This document shows positions 37,801 to 51,600 of a DNA stretch of 64,000 nucleotides, piece by piece. Positions within the stretch are counted from its first letter, which is position 1. Each line of letters opens with the position of its first letter. The translations under genes and the position numbers were made by a program. The stretch is taken from the NCBI GenBank assembly GCA_905178155.1, contig CAJINV010000004.1, forward strand, positions 1,936,391-2,000,390. Reading direction: 5' to 3'. This stretch comes from Amoebophrya sp. A120. Taxonomy: Eukaryota; Protista; Dinoflagellata. Below the pieces are notes generated by a model. That model ran no database searches and had not been told where the DNA came from. It worked only from the letters and a program-made list of their open reading frames with translations.

Positions 37801-39553
37801 GAAGTTGGCGCAGCATCCCCGTTATCTCGTGCCACATTTGCGACGATTTCATCCTTTATTCCACTGCCTGTTCTTCGTGCAGCACGAGAACTTCTCTCTT
37901 GCGTCTCCTCCACCAAAGCCGATGTAGTAGTGCTCGCGGCTGATGTGGTCGCTCCATCTGCTGTTTCATCTTCTGTAGCCGCGACTTGCAACCTTTTTCG
38001 CACCCGCAGAAAGCGTGTCAGGTGCCGCGTGGGTTGTGCATCGAACTCCAAGTCTAGCGCTTGCCATGGTTTCTGTGCGGCGTTGTAGTACCACTTGGCG
38101 TTCCGCAGCTCCCCGTTGCTGACGCCTTCCGTGGCGCCCTTGTTGGGGTGCAGCCCCGACAGGGCCAGGTGCGCGAAGCCGGCGCTGAGTAGACAGACCC
38201 GCTTGCAGGAGGCCTGTTGCACCTCCTGCTGCAGGCGGAGAAACAACTGGTGCGGCCACGTGGCGCTGGGAAGGGAGAAGGGAGGAGGTCCAGCTTTTTC
38301 CACCTCTTCTTCCGAGCCTGGTGTCCTCGTGCTCGCAGTCGTGCTTGTCATCTTTGTCATACTGCACTCCTCGACTCGCCCGTAAAACGGCGCGTTGCGG
38401 TACACCATGGAAAACATGCAGGCCCGGTAGTCGAAGCCGGCGGCCTCGCGGTACAGGTCGAAGATGTCTTCCTCGGCCTGTATACCGACCGAGTTGTCTT
38501 GGACCCCACCGTATGCATTTTAGCAAATGCGTCTAGGTCGTCTGTGGAGGCGGAGGGATGCTTGAAACATCTGTGTGTTGCGTGAGCAGCGAGAGCTGCT
38601 CACTTTTTGCCACACCAAAAAGCGACAACATTGCGAAGACTATATTATCTTGCGAAATGGGTACGAAGAAGTATTAGCAGGTCCTGATCGTGCGGTCGAA
38701 AACAAAAGTGCATCACAATCGCAAAACAAAGCCTTTCTTCTCCAGACGCAGACATATTTGATGTACTTGATACGCCGAACAGGTCGTATATCTGCCCGTC
38801 CCGCATGAAACTATCCGCAGTCTCGTGCGTGGCGCCGATCAGGTAGAAACTGTTGTCAACGTGATGGTCGGAAGCAGGTCGGACATCTTGTTCATCCGGA
38901 GACGCGAAAACGGAAAGCTGCGTCTGTAAGGCTTGCTTCGATAGAGTTGGCGTAAGAACTTCGCTGCTTTGATTTTCACTTCCCGTCGACGCTATCGGAC
39001 TTTTCGCTGTGGTAGTACTTCTCGACCGGACGCCCTGCTGTTGCTGGTGGCCGCCTTTCACCTGCCCCTTGCCGGCGTAGTTGTTCGCGTTTGACGAGGG
39101 TGCTGTCATGTCTCCTGTTGCAGCTGTTGCTTGTTCACTTGCAGACTCACTCCGTAAGGTCTGTATCCGCAGGTCCGCTAGCGCGATGTGCCGGCCGGAA
39201 GCGGGTATCGGGGACAACATCTTCTCCTTCAAGGCAGCACTACCAAAAGCATTCTGCGTAGATGTTGGCGGTGAAGATCCACCTGGTGATGGCGAAGGTT
39301 CGTCTTGTGAGGGTACTTCTCCTACCCCCGCAGCTTGATCGCCCTCTCTTTGCGACGACGTAACGGGACCAGTACTAGTGTGGTTCTCGTCGTCCTCTCC
39401 ATCGAAAAACGTAGACCAGGCCATTTTGGGATACCGCCGACTCAGCCACTTGTGCCGCGGCAACGAGCGGCGCAGGCGGTCGCTGTGCGTCAGGTACAAC
39501 CCGCACAAAGGGTTCACCAGCGCGAAAAAAAACAAGCCGGGCCCCGCCACCAC
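34863..39553 (-). CDS. Large LicD/fukutin-related nucleotidyltransferase-fold protein (start uncertain)
   Basis: WWISHGSMIGALRHGGHMPQDIDIDFAV and PPEPEKVLDSFYGPDW match LicD motifs; the 302-aa ORF joins the 1184-aa ORF in frame (LFG-GVQDNS...ACMFSMVY) on removing 38512-38772 plus one DR. Confidence 0.85.
38512..38772. mobile_element. Decayed family A introner
   Basis: tatgc...ctccagacgcagacatatttgatgtacttgata; DR caccg/cgccg. Confidence 0.75.
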
Positions 39554-39818
39554 GCTCGCGTCCGAAGGTACCTCTGTTTTTGCTTTCCCGAATGTTCCCG
39601 GACAGAGCCAGCAAGTAGAACAATGAATAATAATCGGGATGTTGAAAGAACAGTACTAGTTGTAGAGGAATTTTTGACTCTGCTTCTCTACCATTCAATT
39701 CTGCTTTCCTACGACAAGAATGGTTGTAGTAGAGTGGTCCATTTTTAGACACAAACTGATAGAACAACATGAGTATTCATCATCAAACCCGTTTCATTTT
39801 TACTACACACCAAGTTAG

Positions 39819-41766
39819 CTAGCTGTAAAGTACTTTATCGCGGACGGAAGCAGTAGCTCCGTCTCGTGAGGATCCTGCTGCCGCTGCAGCTGGTATTCTA
39901 CTGCCCGAACTCTCTGTGGACGGCATCACAGCTGCGCCAGAACTTGCAGCTGTAGTACGCGTTCCTGCGAGCCCGCGTAGGAGCGCGCGCGACTCTGAAT
40001 AATTGGTCGCACTCGTTCTACCAGGACCCTGTTCCTTGTCTCCCCGCACCACTACATGCAGCCTCTGAAAGTTATGAACTGCAAAAGTATCGTACTCGTA
40101 CGAATGCATTACAAATTTTTTCAGCATGAGAAATAAAAGTTGTCATGCTGATTTACCTTAAGAAAAATATTTGTAATGCAAGACTTGCATTCATACGAAT
40201 ACGATACTTTTGCACAGGATAAAAGTCCGCGAACAGCAAATCGTGCCAGTTGCTGTGGATCCGGAGCTATCAAATGCAAATATGTCTGGGTCTGGAAGGT
40301 TGGAAGACTTGTCATGCAGGTTTTCCATGACGCGTGAGGTCTGTCATACATGACCCAGCATGACAGATTCTTCTCGACCGCTATCATGCCTCGTCTGCAT
40401 GAGAAACACCCTCTCAGCTTGGTCAAAAGTGGACAGCTTTTGGTAATCATGCAACACAGATTTTTGCACTATCCAGTATTAGCATGACAAGTTCCATTCT
40501 TCCAGACCCAGACATATTTGCAATGCATAGCAGCCAGCGAAACACGTCTTGCAGTGCGGCATGGAAGACCTGGTCCGCCCACAAGCTGCCCAGCCGGTCC
40601 TTGGTCAGGCACAGCGCCTGGATCTGGAGCTCCGCCACGCCCCGCGGTACGCACTTCCACAAATCCTTGACGATCTCCGTCTCGGCGCGCGTCGTGTACT
40701 CCTTCGCACAAATTTCGTCGACGGCAGCAGGAACGAACTGCGCATGCGGACGAAGATGATCCTGGTCTCGTTTTATTTTTTTCCCTGCATTTTTATCGTT
40801 ATCCACCCTGGAAGACGGAGATGAAGATGAACTCGTCAGTGTACTCGTTGTACCATAATTCGGCTTGTGTTTCGTGGTGGCTACAAATATCCTTTGGATC
40901 ATGCTCGCGAGTTCCAGCAACCGTTCGGCCTCCGCTTCGCACACGAAATCGGGGCGGCGCGTCGCATATCAAATGTAAAAGTGTCTGGGTCTGGAAGAAT
41001 GCGCGATTTGTCATGCAGCTTTTCCATGACCCATGAGGTCTGGAATGCAGTACCTAGCATGACAGATTCTGTGCGATCTCTCTCATGCCTATCCTGCATG
41101 AGAAACTCCCTCCCGACTTGCTCAAAACTGGACGACTTTTGGTAATCATGCAACACAGATTTTTGCATGCTTCAGATTTAGCATGACAAATTGCATTCTT
41201 CCAGACCCAGACATTTTTACATTTGATATCGCACTCGCGGTCGCCGTCGTCGCAGCTCCAGCAGTTTCACCCAGCACAGAAGAAGTCGCATTGACCCGTC
41301 GCACCGGCGGGACAAACGGCTTGCCTCTCCTAGGGTGTAGTTTCTTCCCGCGGGTTGTTGTAGGTGTGGTTGTGGCCGCTGCAGTAGCGAGAACCGCCGG
41401 CTCCTTCGCCGCGACGGCAGTGGATGCTGCGGCGCCGGCAGGGGAGGCGCAGCAGGAAAACAAAGCTGCACCATAGAAAAAGAAGACCGCCGATGCGGAA
41501 TAGACGACCCAAGCGACACACGATTTTATATTACGACAAAAAACACACCACACCATGATTGGCACAAGAGCGTCCGAAAACATTTCTTTATCATGATTTA
41601 GTGCGACATTTTTGTCGTTATAACTGCAAATATTTCTGAAGAATGATAGACGCCAAAAGGTACTAGAGGTGAAAGTCGAAAGAGCGTTTTTACAGCTCAG
41701 GAAAATGCTGCCCAAAAGTGACACGATAAAATTTATCGAATCAGGCAGAACTAGAGTGCGCGTCAC
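39819..41766 (-). CDS. Hypothetical protein, possibly secreted, four exons (start uncertain)
   Basis: Hydrophobic stretch AVFFFYGAALFSCCASPAGA followed by exons between three introners; stop at 39819. Confidence 0.55.
40073..40221. mobile_element. Introner family D
   Basis: tatgaactgcaaaagtatcgtactcgta ... tacgaatacgatacttttgcacaggata; DR aaagt. Confidence 0.9.
40268..40529. mobile_element. Introner family A
   Basis: TIR present; DR ggagc/gcagc. Confidence 0.9.
40967..41228. mobile_element. Introner family A
   Basis: TIR present; DR tcgca. Confidence 0.92.
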
Positions 41767-42992
41767 GCTTTACAACAGCATGATTGATAGATATTTTTGT
41801 AAGCAGCCCAACTAGGCAGGAAACAACATATCACGATGCATAGGAGAACGCGACCACATGTATCGAAAATGAACAACTGGACGGACTCCAGCAGCATCCT
41901 GAAGGGCTGGTAGCAATTACGGCGGAGGGAATACGAAAACAAACGATCTGATTTTTGATCGCACTGAGCCGTGGCAGGGAAGGATCCAGAAACATACATT
42001 TGCAATTCAAAAAAAAACGAGTAGATCCTGCGGCTCCTCTTCGGAGGTGGGTTTTTTGCCTCGAAAGGAATAGAGACTTTGCCCCCTTTACCGCGAGGAC
42101 ACCGTCGTCGGAAAATTTTTCCAACAAGAACAGGCAAGCGTACTCCGTTGGTTCGAAGCTGCCCAAACAAGCTTGTCCGGATCGTGAAAGCTCAAATCGT
42201 CACGACGAAAGTAAAATCAAAATAGAACCCTAAAACCATAAACCCGTTCAACCCTTCTAAACCCTTTTCGACGCTGGCGAAGGAACCGGGGCGGAGGCAG
42301 GAAGATGAAAGTAAAAAGTGTGAAGTCAAACAGATTGATTTTTTTCGCAAAAAGTAAATTTTTTGGAATACCATAGCACTCCCCCTCGTCTGGCCCTTCT
42401 TTTCGGCCTCTGCTGTGGAGGAACAGCGGGCTCCTTGGCTTGTTTGTGAACAGAAGTATATTTCAAGTGGCTGTGTGGCAACAATGTGGAAACAATGTAA
42501 CAAGACTAGGCACGATGCCCTAGTCCTCTACTTGAGCAGTCACCAAAACTTTGTTCGTGTTCTTGCTGTACCAATAATAAATAGGCTGTCCAAGTTGCGG
42601 TAATCATTTACCACAACGCCAGGTCGTGTACCTGGTGTACTCAGTCCAATGATAAAACGTACTATTTTTTTGTGAAAAAATCGTCTTGTTCGCGCCATGC
42701 TTCCAGCTTTATTGGTGAAGAAGCGTCGATCCGGCACGCGCAACTACATCCGCATTTTTACATTAAAGTGCGGCCTGCTACTTCACCGTCAGCTTAGGTG
42801 GAGGCGGTGGTGGCGTCTGCATCTTCTCGGTATTATGCTGGGGGAAAATAAACGGAGACGAGGACGTCGGCATTACTTGTACTAGCTGCTGCAAGTACAA
42901 ACATAGTTTGAAAGTTGTCCCAGTCAATAACAATTTTTCATCATCTTCCCTCCTGGAGGGGCAGCAGCGAGTAGCAGAGCCAGACTTCACCT

Positions 42993-45900
42993 CTACTTCG
43001 AACGATTGTCAATAGGATAGTAGAACTGCAGCAAAGCAATCACGACAATGGTGATCACGATGAGGTGCATAAATTGGTACCTTGTTTCGGTTTTTCATTT
43101 TCATTATTTTTTGCAGTCTGCACGACCCATGCAACGAATGACTACGTTCGTCTATAATCCCAATTACTTATTAGTAAGGTAGAATTGTTGGAAAGTACAG
43201 AGAGTAAGTAATTAAAGTACTTACCCTTTCTTCGGTCCTCCGGTCTTCTTTAGCGTCGCGATTTCTTTCTGCAGTTCCGTTTTTCGCTCCGTCAAGGCCT
43301 TGGTGTAGCACTATCGAACACGAAAAATTCTGAGTCAACAGAGCATACAAGGTGGTCGTTTCCTACAAACTTCTAAGGTGCTTGCCTTTACCACACGGCT
43401 GCAGCGTGACGCAGCAGTCGTCGTGTGACACGCATTTATTTAGACTCATGTAGCGATATATCAACAGGCAAGAGATCCATTTGATTTCAACATGCAGAGT
43501 CCACCGCCAGAGATCAATTCCAAAATGAGACCGATAAAGTTGCCATCTTGGCCTCAGAATTTCAGGAAAATATCTCCGCTAGTTCCTCATATTTGCTCTG
43601 CAAATCGCGTGACCTATTGCTGTCTCCCGCCGTGTACCTGTTTTTATTTCGAAAGAACTGTCCTTTGATATTACGGCTACAACAACGCCCGCCTGGTATT
43701 TTTCTCGAAATGCAAAAACCAACCTCCAGAAACAAGAAATTTAGTCTTATGGCGCAATAAACGCATTCTATTCTTTCATCTGGAAGAACTCACACTTATT
43801 TAGCACGTAGCGCAAGACTATACTGTGACTGAGCGGCGTCCAGCGCAGCCTCGGACTTGCCGTTGACATCCGGAAAACAGACGCTTAATTTGAACTCTTG
43901 TATCCGAGTGCGCAAGAACTCCCCATCCCCCTCATGTGTTTTTATGACGAGAGTAGCATCAAATCCTGGCTCTGCCTCTTGGCAGAAGGCTCTGCATCGT
44001 GCCAAGTGCTAGAATGTTGATGCCAATAAACCGTACCTACTACAATGCGGGCACGATATCTTCTTCGAGGATGATTGATATGCAAGAAAAGCTGCGGTCT
44101 CAACTTTCGCTCTCATCTGTTGCTGTCATTGAGCAGTAAGTTCAAATGAAGGGGAAGAGGGGACCTTTGCACTCGCATATCTTGCACGGGCTATGCACAA
44201 GAAACAAAATGTCTGGATCTTCACGCATGTGAGATTTGTTTTTGTTGAAGAGTGAATGACAAAAATAATCATACCCCTCGGTCTTTCTTGTGGTTCTTGT
44301 AGTACGCCCCTGGTTGCAAAATAATGCTCAAAACCAAAATAAAAATCTATGATCGCGTCACAGAATGATCTATGCGTGGGCGGGCAAAGGCATGGTAGTA
44401 TCCAGTGGGAACAATACAACTACACTAAATGACTATTCCTCAATAGAGGACCCCCAGACATCTCGACGCCTCATCCTGGGATACCTGGGCGTCTTTCACG
44501 ATTTGAGGCCAAGCTTCCCTACTACTCAGCGTGTCCTCGCTCGTTGGCGCCGCTTGAACTAGAAACCTGAATCGTTTTTGGATTTCATCGTCATGTCCTG
44601 GTGCTAAAGATGCGTAAAAATTACCGCCTCATGCTCTTATACTTATTCAGTACACTTTTTCAACACGGTGAATCAAGTTCGTTGTATAGACTACGTGTGT
44701 AATACCTGTGTCGGTGGTTTGCAGGTACCTCCTGTAGCCTCTGCAGCAGTATCTGAATCTGCACCGATTATGCTGGGGAAACAAGTAAGAACCAATGCAA
44801 CCTCCTGGGTTTCGTTTGAGTATTATTTCATCTTCCCACTGACATAACGATAAACCAAGAATGGACTCGCATTCATAACAGCAACACACAGAACTCGTGC
44901 AGCTTCTAGCCCCTTCTACACCTAAGGTTCAGACGAGACGTAGAATGAAATGAAGTACACCAGGATCTTCATGCGACATCAATGTGCTTTATTTCATATT
45001 GTTTCCCCAACCTTGAGCACGTTCTGGCTGGGTCGAACCAGGTAGGACTTCAGTGCCGTGGTTTTGACCTATTTATAGTTTGATCGTCGCAATAAAACAG
45101 ACAGTAGTATCTATACAGAGCGACGCGCAGCTACCCTAGAACGATCAAAAAGGTCCTCCTGCAAACGTACTTTAACTTTATTGTATTGTATTGTATTTGA
45201 CCCGCTCTTGTTTCAAACAGAAGCGGTGCTCGCTCTTTGACCAGGCTATACTTGCGATGATCCGTCTGACAACACGGTTGTGGGAGCAGGACGTGCGAAA
45301 ACCCTTCAACGCGACACACGGCCTCAAGTCGTGGAAGCAGAAGGAGAGCAACGTGCATGAAGGGAAATGGGCGCGCTGTGCTGCCCTGCTTCGAGCACTC
45401 GCTCCTTATAGCAGCATTATTCAGAGGGTGCACACCGGGCGCACTAACACAGAATAATTACACTACGTGCGTAGGGAGGTGCGCTTCCAGAGCGGCTCCA
45501 CGGACATCCGGCAATTGCCGGACGGGCAGAATGTAGGGCGCAAGCTGTGGCGGTGGCGGCTCACGCAGGCGGAGCCACCGCCGCCTCTTGCGCCGCCTCC
45601 CGGGAACGGTCTTGCGGCCCCGCCAGGGGGGTAAGGTGCCAGCCGAGGCTTTCCAGAATAGCGCAGGCCCCACCGTTTTCGCCAATCTTCGGCAAGTGCC
45701 GCCGGCTGCGTGCTGCGCACTACGTGGGGCAGTAGGGTTTACGACGGCGCGCCTCCAACCACCAAAACGGCACAAGGCCGCCGGGAGGGGCACGCCATGC
45801 CGGGCCTCCTTGCACACGACGCGGCAACACACTAAAGGGCCCGCCTCGGACTGGTCGGGCGCGGTGTGGCGCTGTGCTGCTCAGGTTAAGCACGCGGACG

Positions 45901-46671
45901 GCCCTCCGCCGTCTCACTCGCCAGGAGCATAGTACAGGGCGCACCAGCTTCCAGAGCTGGGCTCGTCCTCAAGAAGAGAACGCCCACCAGGGTCGAGGGG
46001 GCGCGCGCTGGACTGCGGGCGCCGCCCTACATTACTCACCAGGAGCAGCGGCGTGCTGCCGCTTAGTTTGCGAGACTTGACGCGTCTACCTCAGGTAGGT
46101 AGCGCATCTGGGTGCCAGGCCCTTATCACGACTTCCCTTCCCTCCAGGGGCGGGATACTTTAACTTTATCATTGCAGAGTAAGGTAACTAAATCTTGAAG
46201 TACATTACTTACTTTGAACGCCACATTTGAAGTCGTAGAAGCGTTCGTGAGTGTGAGGTGCGTGACGTGCGTGGTGTCAGCAAAATTCGCATCGAAAGGA
46301 AAAATCCCCACTCCCCATATCAAAACGGAATTTCTGATGCTGGATTTGTGTACACCAATCAGCTTTGTATTGCAGAGAGGCATTGCGGCCAGATCCCCAG
46401 GCTAGGTAGGGGCGTATGGGCCTAGTTGTTCAGCATGGCAAACTGCTGGCCTTTAGGCCCAACAGCATGACAAATCGCTTCCATAATGGGGCGGAAGCTT
46501 CTGCCCTTCCCCTTGTCTTCTTGCAAGACAGATGTGATCTGTGACCTCAAATCAGCAACGCAAATTTTCGGAAACATACCTTTTCGATATGGGGAGGGGG
46601 GATTTTTCCTCTCAATAATTCGTGCCCGAGAACTGGATCTCCCGGGGGGGATCTATCCTGAGCAGCTGCAT
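42993..46671 (-). CDS. VAP (VAMP-associated protein/Scs2)-like: MSP domain, coiled coil, C-terminal tail anchor
   Basis: MQLLRIDPPREIQFSGTN-FADTTHVTHLTLTNASTTSNVAFK / VKTTALKSYLVRPSQNVLKVGE / IQEFKLSVCF / TKALTERKTELQKEIATLKK / YQFMHLIVITIVVIALLQFYYPIDNRSK*. Some internal exons unresolved. Confidence 0.88.
45182..46155 (-). mobile_element. Retroposon-like insertion in a canonical intron, 14-bp TSD and (TACAA)n tail
   Basis: tactttaactttat at 45168-45181 and 46156-46169; ttgtattgtattgtatt at the left end; GC-rich body. Confidence 0.72.
46290..46617. mobile_element. Introner family B (sister of 606-928)
   Basis: Left terminus CAT instead of TAT; DR attcg; removal joins FSGTN-FADT. Confidence 0.92.
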
Positions 46672-48688
46672 TTTCAGATTGATCTCCCGCGCTCGTCAGT
46701 AGATCTGCGATGCAGTCGCTCTGCGAAGCGGCCTGTCGTGCTGCAGATAAACCAGCGTCTTTTCAATCACTTCTACTGCTCTACGCGGCTAGCAAGCCGG
46801 GAGTCAATAGCTTCGCCTCGGTGCTGTGGTCTTCCCTCTGCTTTATTTCCTATAATCTCGCCACGGCTGCGGTGCAGAATGGTCGTGTGATTTTGTTGGT
46901 CGGTCTTTCTTGCCGGCTAACGCGTGATGGTCGAACTCAGGAGAGCAGCTGCAACTTCGTTGTTGAGCCGGAGCAGGTTTTTATGAGCTGAGGATGATGA
47001 AAGACTGTAAATGACACTGGCAAACCTTCTTTCCTCCGAAGCCGCCGAAATTGACTGTAGTACGGAAACGTCGTGGAGGCAAAGGACCAGCCGACCTGAC
47101 CTGCGATATCGACCTCTAGGAACACAAAACCCAGACTTCGTTCGTGTCGCAGCGGCAGAGCACCGCGTTTGATATTTCCCGTTATGAATGATCACGAGTC
47201 GGCCGTGGTTGCGGTCGGGGGGACACGGTTTTTTGTCGTCGCCTGCGCCGATGCTCCTGACAAGCAGATCTCCCGGTCGTCGGTCGAAGTATTTATACTG
47301 CAAGCTTACGCTACCCACACCAGGCTCCTCGTGTGCCTCGCCTCCACGACGAAGGAACGCAGGCGCACACAGTAAAAATGTGCGAAATAAAAATGCACCT
47401 CGACTTCTCCTGCGTGGAGTCCTGCCTGTATCCAAAGGTTGTCCAGCACGTATTTGTTGTACTTCGCCTTTAGACAGGACCACTACAGTAGAAACGTCCG
47501 CGGTACTACAGCGTGGTCTGTCAACAAGAGGTGCATACAGAGCGATGAACAACAAGAAGCGACCGCGTGCCTATCTTGATTTTGTTGCGCTAGAACTAGG
47601 ATCCCCAGGCCCAGACGTCACAGATTTGCAATGGCCGGCCACCTGGTGCTCGAAGATGCCGGCGAGCGAAGAATCAGGAACAATTTTTTGAAATCTCAGC
47701 TGCAGGTAGGCAGTACGTGGAACGCCAACACAATGTGCATGAATTTTTTGTATTGGAATTGTCCCAGTTAAAGACGCATTGCTTGGCTTGTTTTGAATTG
47801 GTTCAACTACACTACCTGGCAAAGATCGCGTACCAACTTCTACTCGTTTTACGCCGCACAGGACAGGTTGTTGTACCTCCGGATGATATTAATTCTTGAT
47901 GGCCAGACTCTTTTTTTCACCCTCTTCAGAGGGCGAGTTTCCATGTTGATTCGGCATCATAGGCTCTGATATGTTTCTCACCGTACTTCAAGCAGAACTT
48001 CTTCGCATTCGCGTACTACAGCACAATGAATACGTGGCGCCACGGCAAGAACGACAATGTGGTAAGTAGATACCTTGCAATGAAGGCAACGACAAGCCTT
48101 GAACAGAACACGTGTAGCATACTAGCGCTTCCAACTCGTTTCGTTGCGGCAAGCTCGTCGTGGTTCCGCCTTGAATTTTCTTTACGTTTTGGTTTCTGAG
48201 AATGATTTCACACAAATAAGTACAATCTATTACTGCGACTTTCTGTACAAGCGTGTTGGACCTCCCTGAGCCAATGCGTGATATCGTGGCTACAGTTTCT
48301 ATTCAAGCAGGTGCATATCGTACAAGTTGTTTCTTTTGTTTGCTCTTTTGGTTTTGGTCCTGGGGGCATATTCACTTTCGTACAATGGGAAAACCGCAAC
48401 TTTTACTTTACTTACTTGGTAGTGTCATCAACACCGCGAGACATTGACAGTGCCACCTCACTATCACCGTTTCGTTTCTCTGTAGTGCGGTATGAATCTA
48501 GTAAATTCTAGTGTCAGGATAGAAGTATCTACAAAAATAGCCACGTAAAATTCGGTGTCAGTCTTTGATCTGATGGTAAGTATTCTTGTTGGGAAGGAGG
48601 TGCGACCTTCCCGTCATAAAAGCCTTTTTTCAGCATCGCGTCTTTTTTTAATTGTCGATTAAATACGTATCACCGCGTATCTCGTGTC

Positions 48689-51600
48689 CTAATTGAACAT
48701 TCGGTCGTCGATGTGAAAGTGTTTCCTGCCCGTCGGCTTTCGTCGCCCCTCGCGCGGGCTGGACAGCAATCCGAGCACCTCTTTTCGCTCCCCCGTCGCG
48801 GCTAGCTGCACGGGAATTTCTTTCACGCCCTGCAGAATCATCTGGCGGCGCCCGGTCTTCTTGATGTTACCGCCCTGCAGATCCTCGGGTTTCTGGCTCC
48901 ACAGGTCCCCGTCTAACAGTGCACAACTCTCCCTCCCCCTCATTTGTATAGCGTGAACGGCAATACAAGCACGTGCAAGAATGCTGGTTTTGCATGACAA
49001 ATTTGCACTGGATTATTCAGCTATTTGGGCTACCAAAACTTGTCATGTTGGGAAGCTAAGGGCTGGGCGTCCCTGTCGTTCTCTAAACCTTTGTTGTCTA
49101 AACCTCGCTACCAAAACTTGTCATGCAAACAGTGCCAAGAGGCAAAGGGTAAGCCTAAACGTAAATTGGGTATTTTGCATGACAAATGAGGGGAAGGGGG
49201 AGTTGTGCACTGTCATACCCCGATGTGGTCGTACGCACAGGCGGGCACGCGGGACTCTTTCTCCAGTTGCCCGTTCTTCTGGGTGATGTCTTTGGCATTG
49301 ATGCCCGCATAGCCGGATTCAGTCGCGAACAGCTGCTGCGGGTGCTGCTTGTGCTGCCGCATCATCGCGGGTTCATCGTCCGGCAGCTCAAAACGCGTGG
49401 TAATGTTGTCCTTTGCAATATGCAATGCAAAAAGAAACCACCTCCCCCCCACCACAAAGTTTCTGTCCAGGAAATTTGTAGGCCTGAAGACAAGTGTGAC
49501 GTGCACAAACCAACGAAAGGCCGTTGATTTTTCGCAGTAGCGCTGTGTCTCATGTTTTAGTCGCGATACAGCAAAACTGGAAACATTCATTGTAGCAGAA
49601 GTCTTGAGCAACATGCAGATACCAGGACTTCTATTAACCCAGACCACACGAAACAAAGATGATGTCATGCGTGATTCCTAGTAGGCCTTCCTGGCTTGCG
49701 AACTACGCAGAGCTCGCATTGGCTTCGCTCCTATTGGCTCGTGTGGGGACGATGGTTTATTTCACACAGGATATGCTACCGGAACATCGATGTCCTCCAC
49801 GCGGCGACGGTAAGCTGTGAAGTAGAGATCGCAATTTTAAAGACGAGCACAGTGTTTGTCATGCGAAACGGGCCTCACAGAGAAACCTATCATGCACACG
49901 CAGATTTCAATTTGTAGTTGTACTTGTAGTATAGTAAACTCTAGTACGGTAGCAGGCTTCCCGCTCATCTACGTTCATCATGTCGCTTCCCAGGTTGCTC
50001 CGCCCGCCTTGGTATGCAATCAAAAACTTCTAGTCTGTCGTACGAGTAAGTAAATCGCGATTTTTACAAACTTGCGCAGGAAGGAGTCATGATGTGCAAT
50101 CAACTATAGAGACCAGATGTTGATCTGCCCCATGCAAAATTGCAGAATTCATTCAAGTACAACGACCCTTTTCTGCACTGGTTATCTTTGGATCCACAGC
50201 GAACTGCAGACCGGACCGGGCCTCCGCGCCCCACAGGAAATCCGGGGTGGCACTCGCCCGCGGCACGCCCACACCGTTGCCGGTGGAAAAGTGGTCGGGC
50301 TTGGGGTTAGCGACGTGCCTCCGCCCGTCGATGCGTTCCGGCGCAGCAGCCTGCTGTGCGGGGTTCGCTAGTTGTACCGCGCGCATGTTTGTGCTGCCCA
50401 TGTTTGAGGCAGAACTCGGATGGGCACCTTGGTGGTCGTAGTGCTTCAGCTCCTTGCGCTCGTAGAAGTGATCGTCCCCGCGAGACAGATCCGGGGAGGA
50501 GGAACCTGGGTTGGTGGTGCAGAGAAAATGAAGAATTCGACGTCTTCTACCTTCACCGTGAGTTGTTCTTCACATCAACTCGCGTTCTTCATATGCTTGT
50601 GCCTGCGCGATGCGAAACAAATTTGTCTGATGGTGCAACGTGCAAGCACACACTCGACGACAAAGAAGTGTACTTACAACTATACCGGTAGCAAAGTGGT
50701 CCGGCCGGCCGTGGACGTGTTTTTTTCCGTGCGCCCCCACGGCGTAGGACGAGCGTGGCGACGAGGGCAGCCCTGCTTCCTCTGGTTCTTCCACCACTGC
50801 CATCCCCAGGGCGAAATGGTCGACCTGCGCCGCCGGAACGTGCTGCAAGAGCTGCTGCTCCCCGCGACTCCAGCGCGCCTTGATTTCCCGCTCCTCGTGT
50901 AAGTCGGCTTTTTTGTGCGCGTGGTGCAGGGAATCCAGGGTGGCGTCGTTGTCCGATGGCAGGTCCAAATTTCGGCTCGTCCCGAACGGCGGCTATGAGA
51001 GCGCACAACTCTTCCTCCCGATTAGTCGTAGCTGTGCAAAATCACAAATCCAGTTGCTGTCTTAGTCTTTCTCTTTCAGCAGTGTTCGCATCTGGAAGCG
51101 TACTACATTCGACATCTGAACTTATCATGATGCACAGGCTCTACATGGTGGTGATGGTATGCTGGGGTTATTATAAATTCGCATGGCGGTTCATGCCATA
51201 CACATGAGGGGGAGGAAAAGCGGTGCACGACTCTCATAGCCGCGTCTGGCTCGCCACATGCTGTTGGCCGACAAGCTCGGTCTGCAGCCGCATGATCTCA
51301 TTGATCAGACTCACTTGCTGACCTAGAGGACATTTAATATTCCATTTATCATGAAAATTTCTTTTCACAGCAAGCAAATAACGACAAAGAACCTCACAGT
51401 ACGTACTTTGAAGTTTCATTGCACGCGATCATGATGCAGCAGGCACAACCTAGTGCTAATCCAAATCGCAGCTGCAAGAAGACGACTCTCCGTGTCAGGT
51501 AAGGTCGGAACTTGATTGAAAAACGGATAATAATAAATCAAAAATCTTCTTTCTTACGTGATTTCGGTTGTGCCTTCAGCCCCGAGAAGTCTTCGAGAAG

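Noticed and set aside
37430-38400. ERO1-like similarity in the LicD protein N-terminus (GRVEEC, two LSGLH)
   Set aside because: Matches are too short and the ERO1 CxxCxxC motif is absent.
35211-38585. Long plus-strand ORFs (also 1317-1781, 57195-57734)
   Set aside because: Antisense shadows of GC-rich minus-strand exons with no recognisable motifs.
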